Origin: Candidatus Binatia bacterium | GTDB lineage: Bacteria; Desulfobacterota; Binatia; UBA9968 | DNA length: 32,000 nt | Direction of reading: 5' to 3' | Assembly (NCBI GenBank): GCA_041483675.1 | Contig: JBGPGE010000030.1 | Location: forward strand, 1-32,000 | In this document: one piece after another, positions 16,817-25,084 of the stretch | Layout: each line of letters starts with the position of its first letter | Numbering within the stretch: the first letter of the stretch is position 1 | The notes under the pieces: model-generated | Told to the model about the DNA's origin: nothing | What the model saw: the letters and a program-made list of their open reading frames with translations, nothing else | The model's database searches: none | Position numbers and translations under genes: made by a program

Positions 16817-17704
16817 ATGGAACTGAAGCGCTCGTGGATGTTTGTGCCCGGCCATCGGCAGAAGATGATCGACAAGGCGCTGGGGCTGAGCGCCGACGTC
16901 GTCATGCTCGATATCGAAGACGGCGTGGCGCCGAGTGAAAAAGATACGGCGCGGAAGTTGATCGGCGAGGCGCTCGGCCGCGAGCGGGCGCCCGGAACTC
17001 CCGAGCGCTTCGTGCGCGTCAACGCCATCGGTCACGCGCGGATGGACGCGGACCTGGAGGCGGTGCTGCGCCACGGACTGAACGGTCTCGTCCTGCCCAA
17101 GGTTGAAACCGTGGAAGAAGTTCTCAAGGTTGCGTCGATCGTGACCGAGCGCGAACCCAAGCTCGACATCGCACGCGGAAGCATCCGGTTGCTGATCGCC
17201 ATCGAAAGCCCGCGCGGGTTGCTGAATGCGCCGGCCATTGCATCTTGCTCGCCGCGCGTCATCGGCTTGATGTTCGGCGCCGAGGACTACGGCCGTGAAA
17301 TGGGTCTGCCGACAAAACGGGAAGGGGAGGCGCAGGAGTTGCTCTACGCGCGCTCGGCGATGGCGGTCGCCGCGGCTTCCGCTCACGTGCAGCCGGTCGA
17401 CGGCGTGTGGGTCGATCTCAAAGACATGGACGGGCTTTTCGGATTCGCCCGCCAGTCGCGCCGCCTGGGATTCTCCGGCATGTCGCTGATCCATCCGTCG
17501 CAGATCGATCCGATCAATTCGGTTTTCAGTCCCACGCCGGAGGAGATCGAATACGCCAGGCAGGTCGTTCAAGCCTTCGAAGAGGCGAATGCCCGCGGCG
17601 ACGGCTCGATCTCATTGGGCGGCCAGTTGATCGACCGGCCGATCGTCGAGCGCGCCAGGCGCGCGCTGGAGATGGCGAAGATGTTGGGGATCAACAAGGG
17701 ATGA
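16817..17704 (+). CDS. HpcH/HpaI aldolase / citrate-lyase beta (CitE)-like CoA-ester lyase
   Basis: 295 aa. RSWMFVPGHRQKMIDKA..ADVVMLDIEDGVAPSEKDTAR is the CitE-family N-terminal signature. The RBS is GGAGG. Confidence 0.9.
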   Translation: MELKRSWMFVPGHRQKMIDKALGLSADVVMLDIEDGVAPSEKDTARKLIGEALGRERAPGTPERFVRVNAIGHARMDADLEAVLRHGLNGLVLPKVETVEEVLKVASIVTEREPKLDIARGSIRLLIAIESPRGLLNAPAIASCSPRVIGLMFGAEDYGREMGLPTKREGEAQELLYARSAMAVAAASAHVQPVDGVWVDLKDMDGLFGFARQSRRLGFSGMSLIHPSQIDPINSVFSPTPEEIEYARQVVQAFEEANARGDGSISLGGQLIDRPIVERARRALEMAKMLGINKG

Positions 17705-17723
17705 GACTGGGATTCCATCGCCA

Positions 17724-18149
17724 ATGAGCGGGAAGTTGGCAAAGATGCGACAGAGCGTGGCGGGTTTGTTTTGTGTCCTCCTGTGGACGACAGCCGCGTT
17801 CTCGCAGGAAACGCCCTGGACGCGCTATATGGCTGAAGCGGCAAAGGCAGACCAGCAAGGCCGCTTTATGGGGGCGGAGATGCACTTGTTGGCGGCAGTA
17901 AAGGAGGCGGAGGGATTTGGGCCAGAAGACCCCCGCCTAGCTGCAAGCCTCATGGCCTTGGCGCTGCTCTACCACGCCCAGGGTCAGTACGCTGAGGCGG
18001 AGCCGCTCTACAAGCAGGCTTTGGCGATCAAGGAAGATGTGGTCGCGGCATTGGAGAACTATGCCGACTTGCTCCGGAAGACCAACCGGCAGACCGAGGC
18101 GGAAAAAATGGAAGCGCGCGCCAAGGCAATCCGGGCGAAGCAACGTTAA
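17724..18149 (+). CDS. secreted TPR-repeat protein
   Basis: 141 aa with a signal-like N-terminus (GLFCVLLWTTAAFSQE). TPR-like LALLYHAQGQYAEAEPLYKQALAI is present. Confidence 0.65.
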   Translation: MSGKLAKMRQSVAGLFCVLLWTTAAFSQETPWTRYMAEAAKADQQGRFMGAEMHLLAAVKEAEGFGPEDPRLAASLMALALLYHAQGQYAEAEPLYKQALAIKEDVVAALENYADLLRKTNRQTEAEKMEARAKAIRAKQR

Positions 18150-18180
18150 GCGAGCCAGGCGCGCATGGAGATGGCGAACA

Positions 18181-18450
18181 GGCTGCGGGGTATCGACAGA
18201 CGTCTGTGATATGTTTCCCGAAAGTTGTCACCCCGAATGTTTTTATAGTGGTTCGACTGTGCTCACCACGACTCTGAGCCACGTCGAATGGGTCGGGGGT
18301 CCAGTCAGAGTTCGCCTGGATTCCCGCTCACGGTTCGATCTTCCTCACCGTGACCCTGAGCCACGTCGAATGGGTCAAAGCATGCGGGAATGACGGCGTA
18401 AGAATTCACCATTGCGCAGCAAGCTGCGGGGAATTAACCCGCAGCTATTC
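18181..18450 (+). repeat. composite intergenic repeat, copy 1
   Basis: It aligns with 21093..21405. Shared modules are gtcaccccgaatgtttt.., ggttcgacNgtgctcaccacgacNctgagccacgtcgaatgggtcgggggtccagtc, cgcctggattcccgct..gcatgcgggaatgacgg and cgcagcaagctgcggggaatt. The core is about 90% identical by eye. Confidence 0.75.
18329..18376 (+). mobile_element. 48-nt miniature element inserted in the loop of the ggattcccgc/gcgggaat hairpin
   Basis: The sequence is cacggttcgatcttcctcaccgtgaccctgagccacgtcgaatgggtc. It is present here but absent from the otherwise collinear copy at 21231..21264. A near-identical solo copy lies at 30689..30737. Confidence 0.6.
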
Positions 18451-18475
18451 AAGGTTCAGCAAAGGAGGTCGGATC

Positions 18476-19405
18476 ATGAAGCATTTCATAGTTGCAGGTT
18501 TTGTTTTGGCGCTCTCGCTATTGCCGGGCGTTTCGTCGGCTCAAGTTACGATGGCGATGACGAAGATCGCGGACGGAGTCTATTTCATGCAGAACTCCGC
18601 CGGCTCGAGTAAACCCACCTTCGTCATTACCAACGACGGCGTGCTCGTCTTCGACTTCGATATCCGCACCGCCGACCAGACGCTCGCCGCGATCCGCAAG
18701 CTCACGGACAAGAAAGTCAAATACTTGATCGCCTCGCACGCGGCCGGCGATCACGCGACCGGGGCGTGGCATTTCCGCGAGGACAAGCCGGTCTATATCG
18801 CAACGAAGAACGTTGTGCAGGATCTCTTCATGCAAGAGGCGAAGGAATTCGAGGAGCGCGCCAACGATCCTAAAATCGTCGGCTACAAGGGCAGAGAGCT
18901 GGTCCGGCCCGATATCGGCTTCGATGGAACGATGTCGCTGCACTTCGGCGGGCTGACCTTTATCGTCACCGCCGAGGGCAGAGGGCACAGCACCGGCGAT
19001 CTCACGATTTTTATTCCGCAGAAGCGCCTCATGCTCATGGGCGATCTGCTCGACACGGAGATCCATCCGGGGCAGGGCGAGTCCGCGGAGGTCTGGTATT
19101 CCAACGTCAAGGGATGGATCGAAATCCTCGACAAAATCATGGCGCGCAATCTGCCTGTCGAGACATACGTTCCGGGTCATGGGCCGGTGCATCTCGGGAG
19201 GGGGGTCAAAGACCTCGAAGAGCAAAAACGCTATTTCGTCGTCATGCGCGACGAAGTGGCGAAGATGATCGCCGCGGGCAAGACGCTCGAACAGGTCGAA
19301 AAGGAATTTAAAATCCCGCAGGAGTTCGCGCACTACAAGCGGCCGGAACGGCTGAAGACGTTCTACAAGCTGTTCTATAATCAGTTGCTTGAGCGAGGAT
19401 ATTAG
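18476..19405 (+). CDS. secreted MBL-fold metallo-hydrolase
   Basis: I used ATG 18476 (RBS AAAGGAGG), because the track start at 18350 reads through the repeats. The signal peptide is MKHFIVAGFVLALSLLPGVSSA. A metal-site-like SHAAGDH and ..VPGHGP.. are present. Confidence 0.85.
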   Translation: MKHFIVAGFVLALSLLPGVSSAQVTMAMTKIADGVYFMQNSAGSSKPTFVITNDGVLVFDFDIRTADQTLAAIRKLTDKKVKYLIASHAAGDHATGAWHFREDKPVYIATKNVVQDLFMQEAKEFEERANDPKIVGYKGRELVRPDIGFDGTMSLHFGGLTFIVTAEGRGHSTGDLTIFIPQKRLMLMGDLLDTEIHPGQGESAEVWYSNVKGWIEILDKIMARNLPVETYVPGHGPVHLGRGVKDLEEQKRYFVVMRDEVAKMIAAGKTLEQVEKEFKIPQEFAHYKRPERLKTFYKLFYNQLLERGY

Positions 19406-19424
19406 ATCGGAGGGGACCGGGAGG

Positions 19425-19880
19425 CTACATGATCCTCTGCGATTCCTCGTAAACTCGCAGCTCGAAGTGGCGAATTTCACGGATGCGCTCAAAATCTCTG
19501 CGGTTTCGGGTAAACACGACGGCGCCGACTTTTCGAGCGGAAAGCGAGATGAGCACGTCGTGACTCAATCGCGCGAGCCCGGTCTCCTCGAAGCCATGCC
19601 GGGCGCCGAGCTGTTGCAGGACCTCCGCGGTGTCGAACCAAACCTGCTTGTCCGGCGTGACGACTCGATTCAAGCGATCAAAAGTTCGGAAGAGCGTTCG
19701 CAGAGCGTTGCGCGTGGGGTGATCCTTGGCGCCGGCGAACAGTTCGGCGAAGACCACGCTGCTCATATAAAGCAGCGTCGGTCGCAGGAGAAACCCCAAG
19801 TCCGCAATCTGTCCGCCTTGTTTCAGGAATGAAAGGTAGATCGAAGTATCGATGATCGCTTTAGCGGGGAAGGCGGCCAT
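19425..19880 (-). CDS. vapC: PIN-domain toxin VapC (second TA locus)
   Basis: 151 aa. ..AIIDTSIYL.., ..VVFAELFAG.. and ..VVFTRNRRDF.. match PIN acidic positions. It overlaps the upstream antitoxin by 20 nt. Confidence 0.85.
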   Translation of the reverse strand: MAAFPAKAIIDTSIYLSFLKQGGQIADLGFLLRPTLLYMSSVVFAELFAGAKDHPTRNALRTLFRTFDRLNRVVTPDKQVWFDTAEVLQQLGARHGFEETGLARLSHDVLISLSARKVGAVVFTRNRRDFERIREIRHFELRVYEESQRIM

Positions 19881-20070
19881 ACACGTCTTCGAGATTGCAC
19901 CGGCCCTTCATGGAGAGAAGCATTTTCCGGATCTCGCCGTCCGCTATGACAAGATCCAGCGCTCGCTCCACGGCCTCTGTCTCCGTCTTGGCGGCGAGGA
20001 GTTCTTTGGCCTTTTTGATCTTTGCGAGCGGCAAAATAAATTGCTTCCGCGCTCTTGCTTCCGGCTTCAT
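19861..20070 (-). CDS. vapB: VapB-type antitoxin
   Basis: 69 aa. ..AKIKKAKELLAAKTETEAVERALDLVIAD.. resembles the VapB (DUF2191-type) family. It is coupled to vapC. Confidence 0.75.
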   Translation of the reverse strand: MKPEARARKQFILPLAKIKKAKELLAAKTETEAVERALDLVIADGEIRKMLLSMKGRCNLEDVYGRLPR

Positions 20071-20098
20071 GGCGACGTCCCAGACGATTCAGTTTACC

Positions 20099-20130
20099 CA
20101 TGTGTATACTAGCTTCCATCTATACACATG
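20099..20130. promoter_or_regulatory. perfect 10-bp inverted repeat (catgtgtata-N12-tatacacatg), probable VapB operator/promoter
   Basis: It lies 29 nt upstream of the vapB ATG, in the divergent spacer, and contains TATACA -10-like hexamers on both strands. Confidence 0.5.
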
Positions 20131-20211
20131 TCAAACGAGGCCGAGGAGCGCGCAAGAAACGGCGGTGTCGTTAACTCTTTGAATCGCACGTGTTATATAA
20201 AGCCACGAACG

Positions 20212-21066
20212 ATGCAGAACTTGGACCCCATCCGCTCCTTCACCGCCGCCAATCCGGGTTACATGACCTTGGAGGGGACGAATCAGTACCTCCTGGGCAA
20301 AGACGAGATCACGGTCATCGACGTCGCGCTCTCTTCGCCGGCCAACATCGATGGGATTATCGAGCAGGCCGAGGCGAGCGGCGGCAGGAAGATCGAAAAG
20401 ATTCTCCTCACCCACATCCACAGTGACCATTGCGGCGGCGCGCTGGCATTGAAAAAGCGGACCGGCGCCAAGCTGGGAATCAGCCTGCTACGCGCCAATG
20501 CGCTGAGCGGAATCGACTTCACGTACGCCGACGGCGACGCGATCCCCTACGACGGCGGCGAGTTGAGCGTGGTCCATACGCCGGGCCATGAATCGGGCCA
20601 CTGTTGCTTCTATGAGGGGAAGCTCAAGACGCTCTTTACCGGCGATCACATCCTCGGCCGGGGCACGACGGTCATTCCGCCACCCGACGGCGACATGGCG
20701 CTTTATATTCACTCGCTGGAAAAACTGCTGGCGCTGGAGCTCAAACGCCTGCTACCCGGCCATGGGCCGACGATCGGCGATCCCTACGGCAAGATCCGCG
20801 AATACATCGAGCATCGCCTGATGCGCGAGCGGCAGGTTCTAAAATGTCTGCAAGACGGCTTTCAAACCATACCGGCGATCACCGCGCAGATTTACACCGA
20901 CACGCCGCCGGCGCTCATGTCGATGGCGGCGTACTCGGTCGAAGCGCACCTCGTCAAGTTGGTCGGGGAACGAAAAGTAATAAAAGAAGGTTCTTCAAGC
21001 TTCCGTGTGGCTCACCGCAGAGGTGTGGTTCGACGCGGCTCACCACAGGCTCCGGGCGCGGAGTAA
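20212..21066 (+). CDS. MBL-fold metallo-hydrolase (glyoxalase-II-like, with C-terminal winged-helix-like tail)
   Basis: LTHIHSDHCGG is the HxHxDH motif. ..VVHTPGHESGH.., ..FTGDHIL.. and ..LLPGHGP.. are present. ATG 20212 is preferred, downstream of TTAACT-N17-TATATA. The alternative ATG 20128 lies inside the operator palindrome. Confidence 0.85.
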   Translation: MQNLDPIRSFTAANPGYMTLEGTNQYLLGKDEITVIDVALSSPANIDGIIEQAEASGGRKIEKILLTHIHSDHCGGALALKKRTGAKLGISLLRANALSGIDFTYADGDAIPYDGGELSVVHTPGHESGHCCFYEGKLKTLFTGDHILGRGTTVIPPPDGDMALYIHSLEKLLALELKRLLPGHGPTIGDPYGKIREYIEHRLMRERQVLKCLQDGFQTIPAITAQIYTDTPPALMSMAAYSVEAHLVKLVGERKVIKEGSSSFRVAHRRGVVRRGSPQAPGAE

Positions 21067-21083
21067 AGAGTTTTTGAATGAAT

Positions 21084-21405
21084 CACCCCGCAGCAAGCTG
21101 CTGGGTATCAAGAGGCCCTCGGATGACTTTTTCCCAACTGGTCACCCCCGAATGTTTTAATCGTGGTTCGACGGTGCTCACCACGACCCTGAGCCACGTC
21201 GAATGGGTCGGGGGTCCAGTCCGAAATTCGCCTGGATTCCCGCTAAAAGCATGCGGGAATGACGGACTCTGCATTTGTAGGGGCAGGCCTGCGTGTCTGC
21301 CCTGGGGCAGGAGGGCGGACACATAGGTCGCCCCTACACAATCCGGCTCTTCGTTTCAAAGGAAATAAATTCTACGCAGCAAGCTGCGGGGAATTGACCC
21401 CAAAG
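21084..21405 (+). repeat. composite intergenic repeat, copy 2
   Basis: It has the same module order as 18181..18450. It lacks the 48-nt mini-element. It carries an extra ~110-nt insert (~21265..21374) whose core is the tgtaggggc...gcccctaca palindromic module (21276..21343). Confidence 0.75.
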
Positions 21406-21490
21406 AGATTAAAAAATACTCCGAACTCTGTACCTCTGTGGTGAAAACTCCTTCACAGGAAACCCTGAGGAGCCTAAGAGAAAGCGACGG

Positions 21491-22879
21491 TTATCGCCTG
21501 ACCGGCGAGCGTTGAAAACTCCGCCGGGTGATTTCATAGGGGACCGGATCGGCGCCGGTTTCGAGATCGCTCCACAGATCCTCGGCGATCTCGACGGAAC
21601 GCGGAGGCTCGACGCCGTCTAAGAAAAACACGAACTCGCCTCTAAGCTGCAAGACCAAATGGCGCCGGCTGTCGCGCGGCGTGAGCAGAAAATCGCCGCT
21701 TCCCGGCCCGGCGGAGAGGGAAGTGTCGTGGCGGCGCTCCAGGGCCCGGCGGTAGCTGCGAAAAAATTCCGCCGCCTCTTGGCGATTCTCCCAAGCCGTG
21801 ATCCACGCGAGGGCGATTCCATTGTCTTGTCGAAACAGCAGCAGGCTGTCGCCGGCCCAGCCCTTTGCGGCGCCGGCGGCTTCGTCTCGCGACAGACTTC
21901 TCCCGAGGAGAACCTGTGTGAGGAATTCTCCCAACGTCTCCTCCATGAGCTTGTTGTCGCCCAACTGCCTGAGCAGGTTCCACGGGGTAATCCTGACCGG
22001 CTCCTCTCGCTTCCCGTAGTACTTCTCGGGATGAAGAATCTGTTTGGTCGAAGCGGGGGGATTGGCATAAAGGCTGTTCACTCCCTCCCAGCCCCGCGCG
22101 GAAAAAGCCCAGGAGACGAACCGCGTACCCTCCATCGTCGAGAACACCGCCTGCCGGCGAAGCGGCTCCGGGAGATAGGCAAGATCTCTCTCCAGCTGGG
22201 AGGCGGACCGGGAAACGGCTTGCGCCGCGTCGAGGATTCGTTGCCTGTGGGTTCCGTAAGGCTCCTGAAGGAGCGCGAGACTCGCGAGCACCGCGTCTCC
22301 CTTCCGAAGCGCGCGCTGGGCCAGGGCGGCGTCTTCCGTAGGCTTGCGCACGAGCTTTTCGCCTGTGCGGAAATGCTGTTCTTGCAGCAGGCGTATCAAG
22401 CCATGCACTTGAACGAGCTGTCGGTCCGTCTCTCTATCCCGGCTTCCGGGGAAGGCGAGCAGCGGAGGTTCCGGTTTTATTCCCTGCCGCGGCATAAGGA
22501 GTGTTTTCTGTTGAGCATCCGGGAAGGCGCCCGTCAAGGCCGTCTCCAGCTCGGCCAATGCCTTGGAAAAATCGGTCCCCTCCGGCAGCAGCCCCAGCCG
22601 GGCGAAGAGCGCGCCACGGAGATCGAGGCTCTCTTTTCCCTGTTCTTCCAGGATGGAGCTCTCAGCCAGCGCGTGAAGTTCCTTCGGGTCGCGCGCCGCT
22701 ACAGCCACGTCTCGCTGAAAAGCGAGGCCTCGGAGACGGGCCACCGCTTGTTTAAGCTCGTCGAATGACAGCGAGCGTGCCGTGGCGATAGAGCGCGGCT
22801 CCAGCAGCTGGCAGCCGAAGATGAGCGGCAGCGCAGCGAGCCAAAGCATGCGCGCAAGAGATTTGATCCTTCGCGTCAT
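21491..22879 (-). CDS. hypothetical lipoprotein (462 aa), co-operonic with rlpA
   Basis: The signal/lipobox is LAALPLIFGC. Its start overlaps the rlpA stop (TAATG). It contains ..VHGLIRLLQEQHF.. and ..TKQILHPEKYY... Confidence 0.75.
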   Translation of the reverse strand: MTRRIKSLARMLWLAALPLIFGCQLLEPRSIATARSLSFDELKQAVARLRGLAFQRDVAVAARDPKELHALAESSILEEQGKESLDLRGALFARLGLLPEGTDFSKALAELETALTGAFPDAQQKTLLMPRQGIKPEPPLLAFPGSRDRETDRQLVQVHGLIRLLQEQHFRTGEKLVRKPTEDAALAQRALRKGDAVLASLALLQEPYGTHRQRILDAAQAVSRSASQLERDLAYLPEPLRRQAVFSTMEGTRFVSWAFSARGWEGVNSLYANPPASTKQILHPEKYYGKREEPVRITPWNLLRQLGDNKLMEETLGEFLTQVLLGRSLSRDEAAGAAKGWAGDSLLLFRQDNGIALAWITAWENRQEAAEFFRSYRRALERRHDTSLSAGPGSGDFLLTPRDSRRHLVLQLRGEFVFFLDGVEPPRSVEIAEDLWSDLETGADPVPYEITRRSFQRSPVRR

Positions 22880-23559
22880 TATTTCTCCATGATGATCACG
22901 GGGAACCCCTGCCGCGCCAACCGGCGGGCTTCGTCCTCGGCCGCGCGGCGATCGGAAAACGTCCCGACGCGCACGCGGTAGTAAGCGCCGTTCCGGGTTT
23001 CAAATGGAATGACGTTGATCTCCGACCCCTGGCCCACGGTTTTTTCCACCTGCTCCCGTAGCCTCTTTGCGTTGCCGATATCCGCGAAGGAGCCGAGTTG
23101 CAGGGTATAGTCCAGCCGATCGCGAATGCGGTCCACCCGTTGAGGCCCGCCATCCAATACCTCGATGCGCACCGGGATCGTGCCGGGCCCGATCATCCCC
23201 AACGTTGTCGCGGCGGCGTAAGAGAGATCGAGGACGCGCTCTTTAAGAAACGGGCCGCGGTCGTTGATCGTGACCTCGGTCGATCTGCCGTTTTCCAGGT
23301 TGGTCACAATGACTCTCGTGCCCAGCGGCAACGTTTGGTGAGCGGCGGTAAGCTCATGCTGATCGTAGACAACGCCGCTTGCGGTCGCCCGGCCGTGAAA
23401 GCCCGGGCCGTACCACGACGCGATCCCGGTCTGCGTTACGCGCCCCTCGGGCGGCGGCGAAAAAATCACTTTGCTGCGCGTCGGCGGAACGGAGCAGGCG
23501 ATGAGGGCGACGAGGGCAAGAGTGAGAGTTCCCCAGGATAGGGCGGGTGTCTGAGTCAT
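22879..23559 (-). CDS. rlpA: septal-ring lytic transglycosylase RlpA family protein (DPBB + SPOR)
   Basis: GIASWYGPGFHGRATASGVVYD..LTAAHQTLPLGTRVIVTNLENGRSTEVTINDRGPF is the DPBB domain. The C-terminal YTLQLGSF..YYRVRVGTFSDRRAAE is the SPOR domain. Confidence 0.9.
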   Translation of the reverse strand: MTQTPALSWGTLTLALVALIACSVPPTRSKVIFSPPPEGRVTQTGIASWYGPGFHGRATASGVVYDQHELTAAHQTLPLGTRVIVTNLENGRSTEVTINDRGPFLKERVLDLSYAAATTLGMIGPGTIPVRIEVLDGGPQRVDRIRDRLDYTLQLGSFADIGNAKRLREQVEKTVGQGSEINVIPFETRNGAYYRVRVGTFSDRRAAEDEARRLARQGFPVIIMEK

Positions 23560-23696
23560 TAAGCATTGTATTATACAGAAACAGCGTGCCTGGGGAAAGG
23601 CCGATGGAGCTGCTTGCCCGCCGTTTACCCAAGAAATGGATTGTGGTAGCTTAGGGCCAAGATAAAGAGGGTTGATTGTAAAGAGGGTTGATCTGT

Positions 23697-24443
23697 ATGT
23701 CCGGCCATTCCAAATGGAGTTCGATCAAACATAAAAAAGCCGCCAAGGACCAGAAGCGCGGCAAGCTGTTCACCAAGCTGATCAAGGAGATCACGGTCGC
23801 GGCGCGCATGGGCGGCGGCGATATCAACGGCAATCCGCGCCTGCGGAGCGCGGTGATGACGGCGAAAAGCTCCAGCATGCCCAACGACAATATCGATCGG
23901 GCGATCAAAAAGGGGACGGGGGAGCTTGAAGGGGTGACCTACGAAGAGGTGCAGTATGAAGGGTACGGCCCCGGCGGCGCGGCGATCATGGTCCAGATCC
24001 TGACCGACAACAAAAACCGCACGGTGCAAGAGATTCGCCGCCTGTTTGAAAAACACGGCGGAAACTTGGGCCAGACCGGCTGCGTGGCCTGGATGTTCGA
24101 TAAGAAAGGGCTCATCACGGTCGAGAAGTCGCAGGCGGAAGAGGATCGCCTCTTTAGCCTGGCGCTCGATGTGGGCGCCGAGGACGTGCGGGAGGAGGAA
24201 GGCCTCTTCGAGATCCTCACCCAGCCGGAAGACTTCCACAAGGTGAGAGATGTTCTGGAGCGCGAGAAGATCGCCACGGCCACCGCGCAGGTGACGATGA
24301 TTCCCAAAAACACGGTGACGGTCGATGCGAAGCATGTCGAGCAGATCTTGAAGCTGACCGAAGAGCTCGAGGACCACGACGACGTGCAGAGCGTGTCGGC
24401 CAACTTCGATATCCCGAACGAGTTTTTAGACAAGGCCAGTTGA
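23697..24443 (+). CDS. yebC: YebC/PmpR family DNA-binding regulator
   Basis: [42 protein letters not shown].. is present. ATG 23697 follows AAGAGGG. A 14-nt direct repeat taaagagggttgat occurs twice (23663..23676 and 23679..23692) just upstream. Confidence 0.95.
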   Translation: MSGHSKWSSIKHKKAAKDQKRGKLFTKLIKEITVAARMGGGDINGNPRLRSAVMTAKSSSMPNDNIDRAIKKGTGELEGVTYEEVQYEGYGPGGAAIMVQILTDNKNRTVQEIRRLFEKHGGNLGQTGCVAWMFDKKGLITVEKSQAEEDRLFSLALDVGAEDVREEEGLFEILTQPEDFHKVRDVLEREKIATATAQVTMIPKNTVTVDAKHVEQILKLTEELEDHDDVQSVSANFDIPNEFLDKAS

Positions 24444-25015
24444 TGGCGATCCGGCCTGAGCGGAGTCAAGGCGGCGATCCGGCCGCGGAGCCCGAGCGGA
24501 TTCTCGGCATCGACCCCGGCACGGTGGCGACCGGCTGGGGCGTGGTGGAGATGGTCGGCGGCTCGCTGGTTCACTGCGCCCATGGCACGATCCGCTCATC
24601 GCCAAGCCTGGCGCACGCCGGCCGCCTGCAACGCATCCACCAGGGACTTCTGGAAGTCATCGAGCGACATGGGCCGGCGGGAGCGAGTCTCGAAAGAGTA
24701 TTCTTCGCCCGCAACGCCCAGAGCGCGCTCAAGCTCGGGCAGGCGCGCGGCATCGCCCTGCTGGCCGTCGCTGAGAGCGGAATTCCCGTCCACGAGTACG
24801 CCTCCACGGAGATTAAGCTTTCCGTCGTCGGCTACGGCCAGGCGAGCAAAGAGCAGGTGCAGAAAATGGTCGCCTCGCTGCTCGGTCTCCCGGAACCCAT
24901 CCCGGCGGACGCCGCCGACGCTCTGGCGGCCGCGATCTGCTATCTTCATCAACGCGCCTTTCTTGCCCGAGTGCAGGGCGCGCTGCCGGCGCATGGGCGA
25001 GAAGCGCGCCGGTGA
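24443..25015 (+). CDS. ruvC: crossover junction endodeoxyribonuclease RuvC
   Basis: ILGIDPGTVATGWGVV.. is present, and ..YASTEIKLSVVGYGQASKEQVQ..ADAADALAAAICY. A ~20-aa N-terminal extension precedes it. The ATG overlaps the yebC stop. Confidence 0.9.
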   Translation: MAIRPERSQGGDPAAEPERILGIDPGTVATGWGVVEMVGGSLVHCAHGTIRSSPSLAHAGRLQRIHQGLLEVIERHGPAGASLERVFFARNAQSALKLGQARGIALLAVAESGIPVHEYASTEIKLSVVGYGQASKEQVQKMVASLLGLPEPIPADAADALAAAICYLHQRAFLARVQGALPAHGREARR

Positions 25016-25084
25016 CCGGACTTCGCCGGCCATCGCGCGATTGCGTATCGACGGATACCGAATCGACCAACAACGATTGACGAA

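Noticed and set aside
16409-17572. 387-aa minus-strand ORF across the MFS start and the CitE-like gene
   Set aside because: It overlaps two well-supported genes on both strands and has shadow-ORF composition.
18350-18475. Track start of the secreted MBL hydrolase at 18350 (MTLSHVEWV..), and the similar ORFs 18037..18393 and 21078..21326
   Set aside because: These peptides (GSTVLTTTLSHVEWVGGPV) are translations of the intergenic repeat modules. A strong RBS plus signal peptide begins at 18476.
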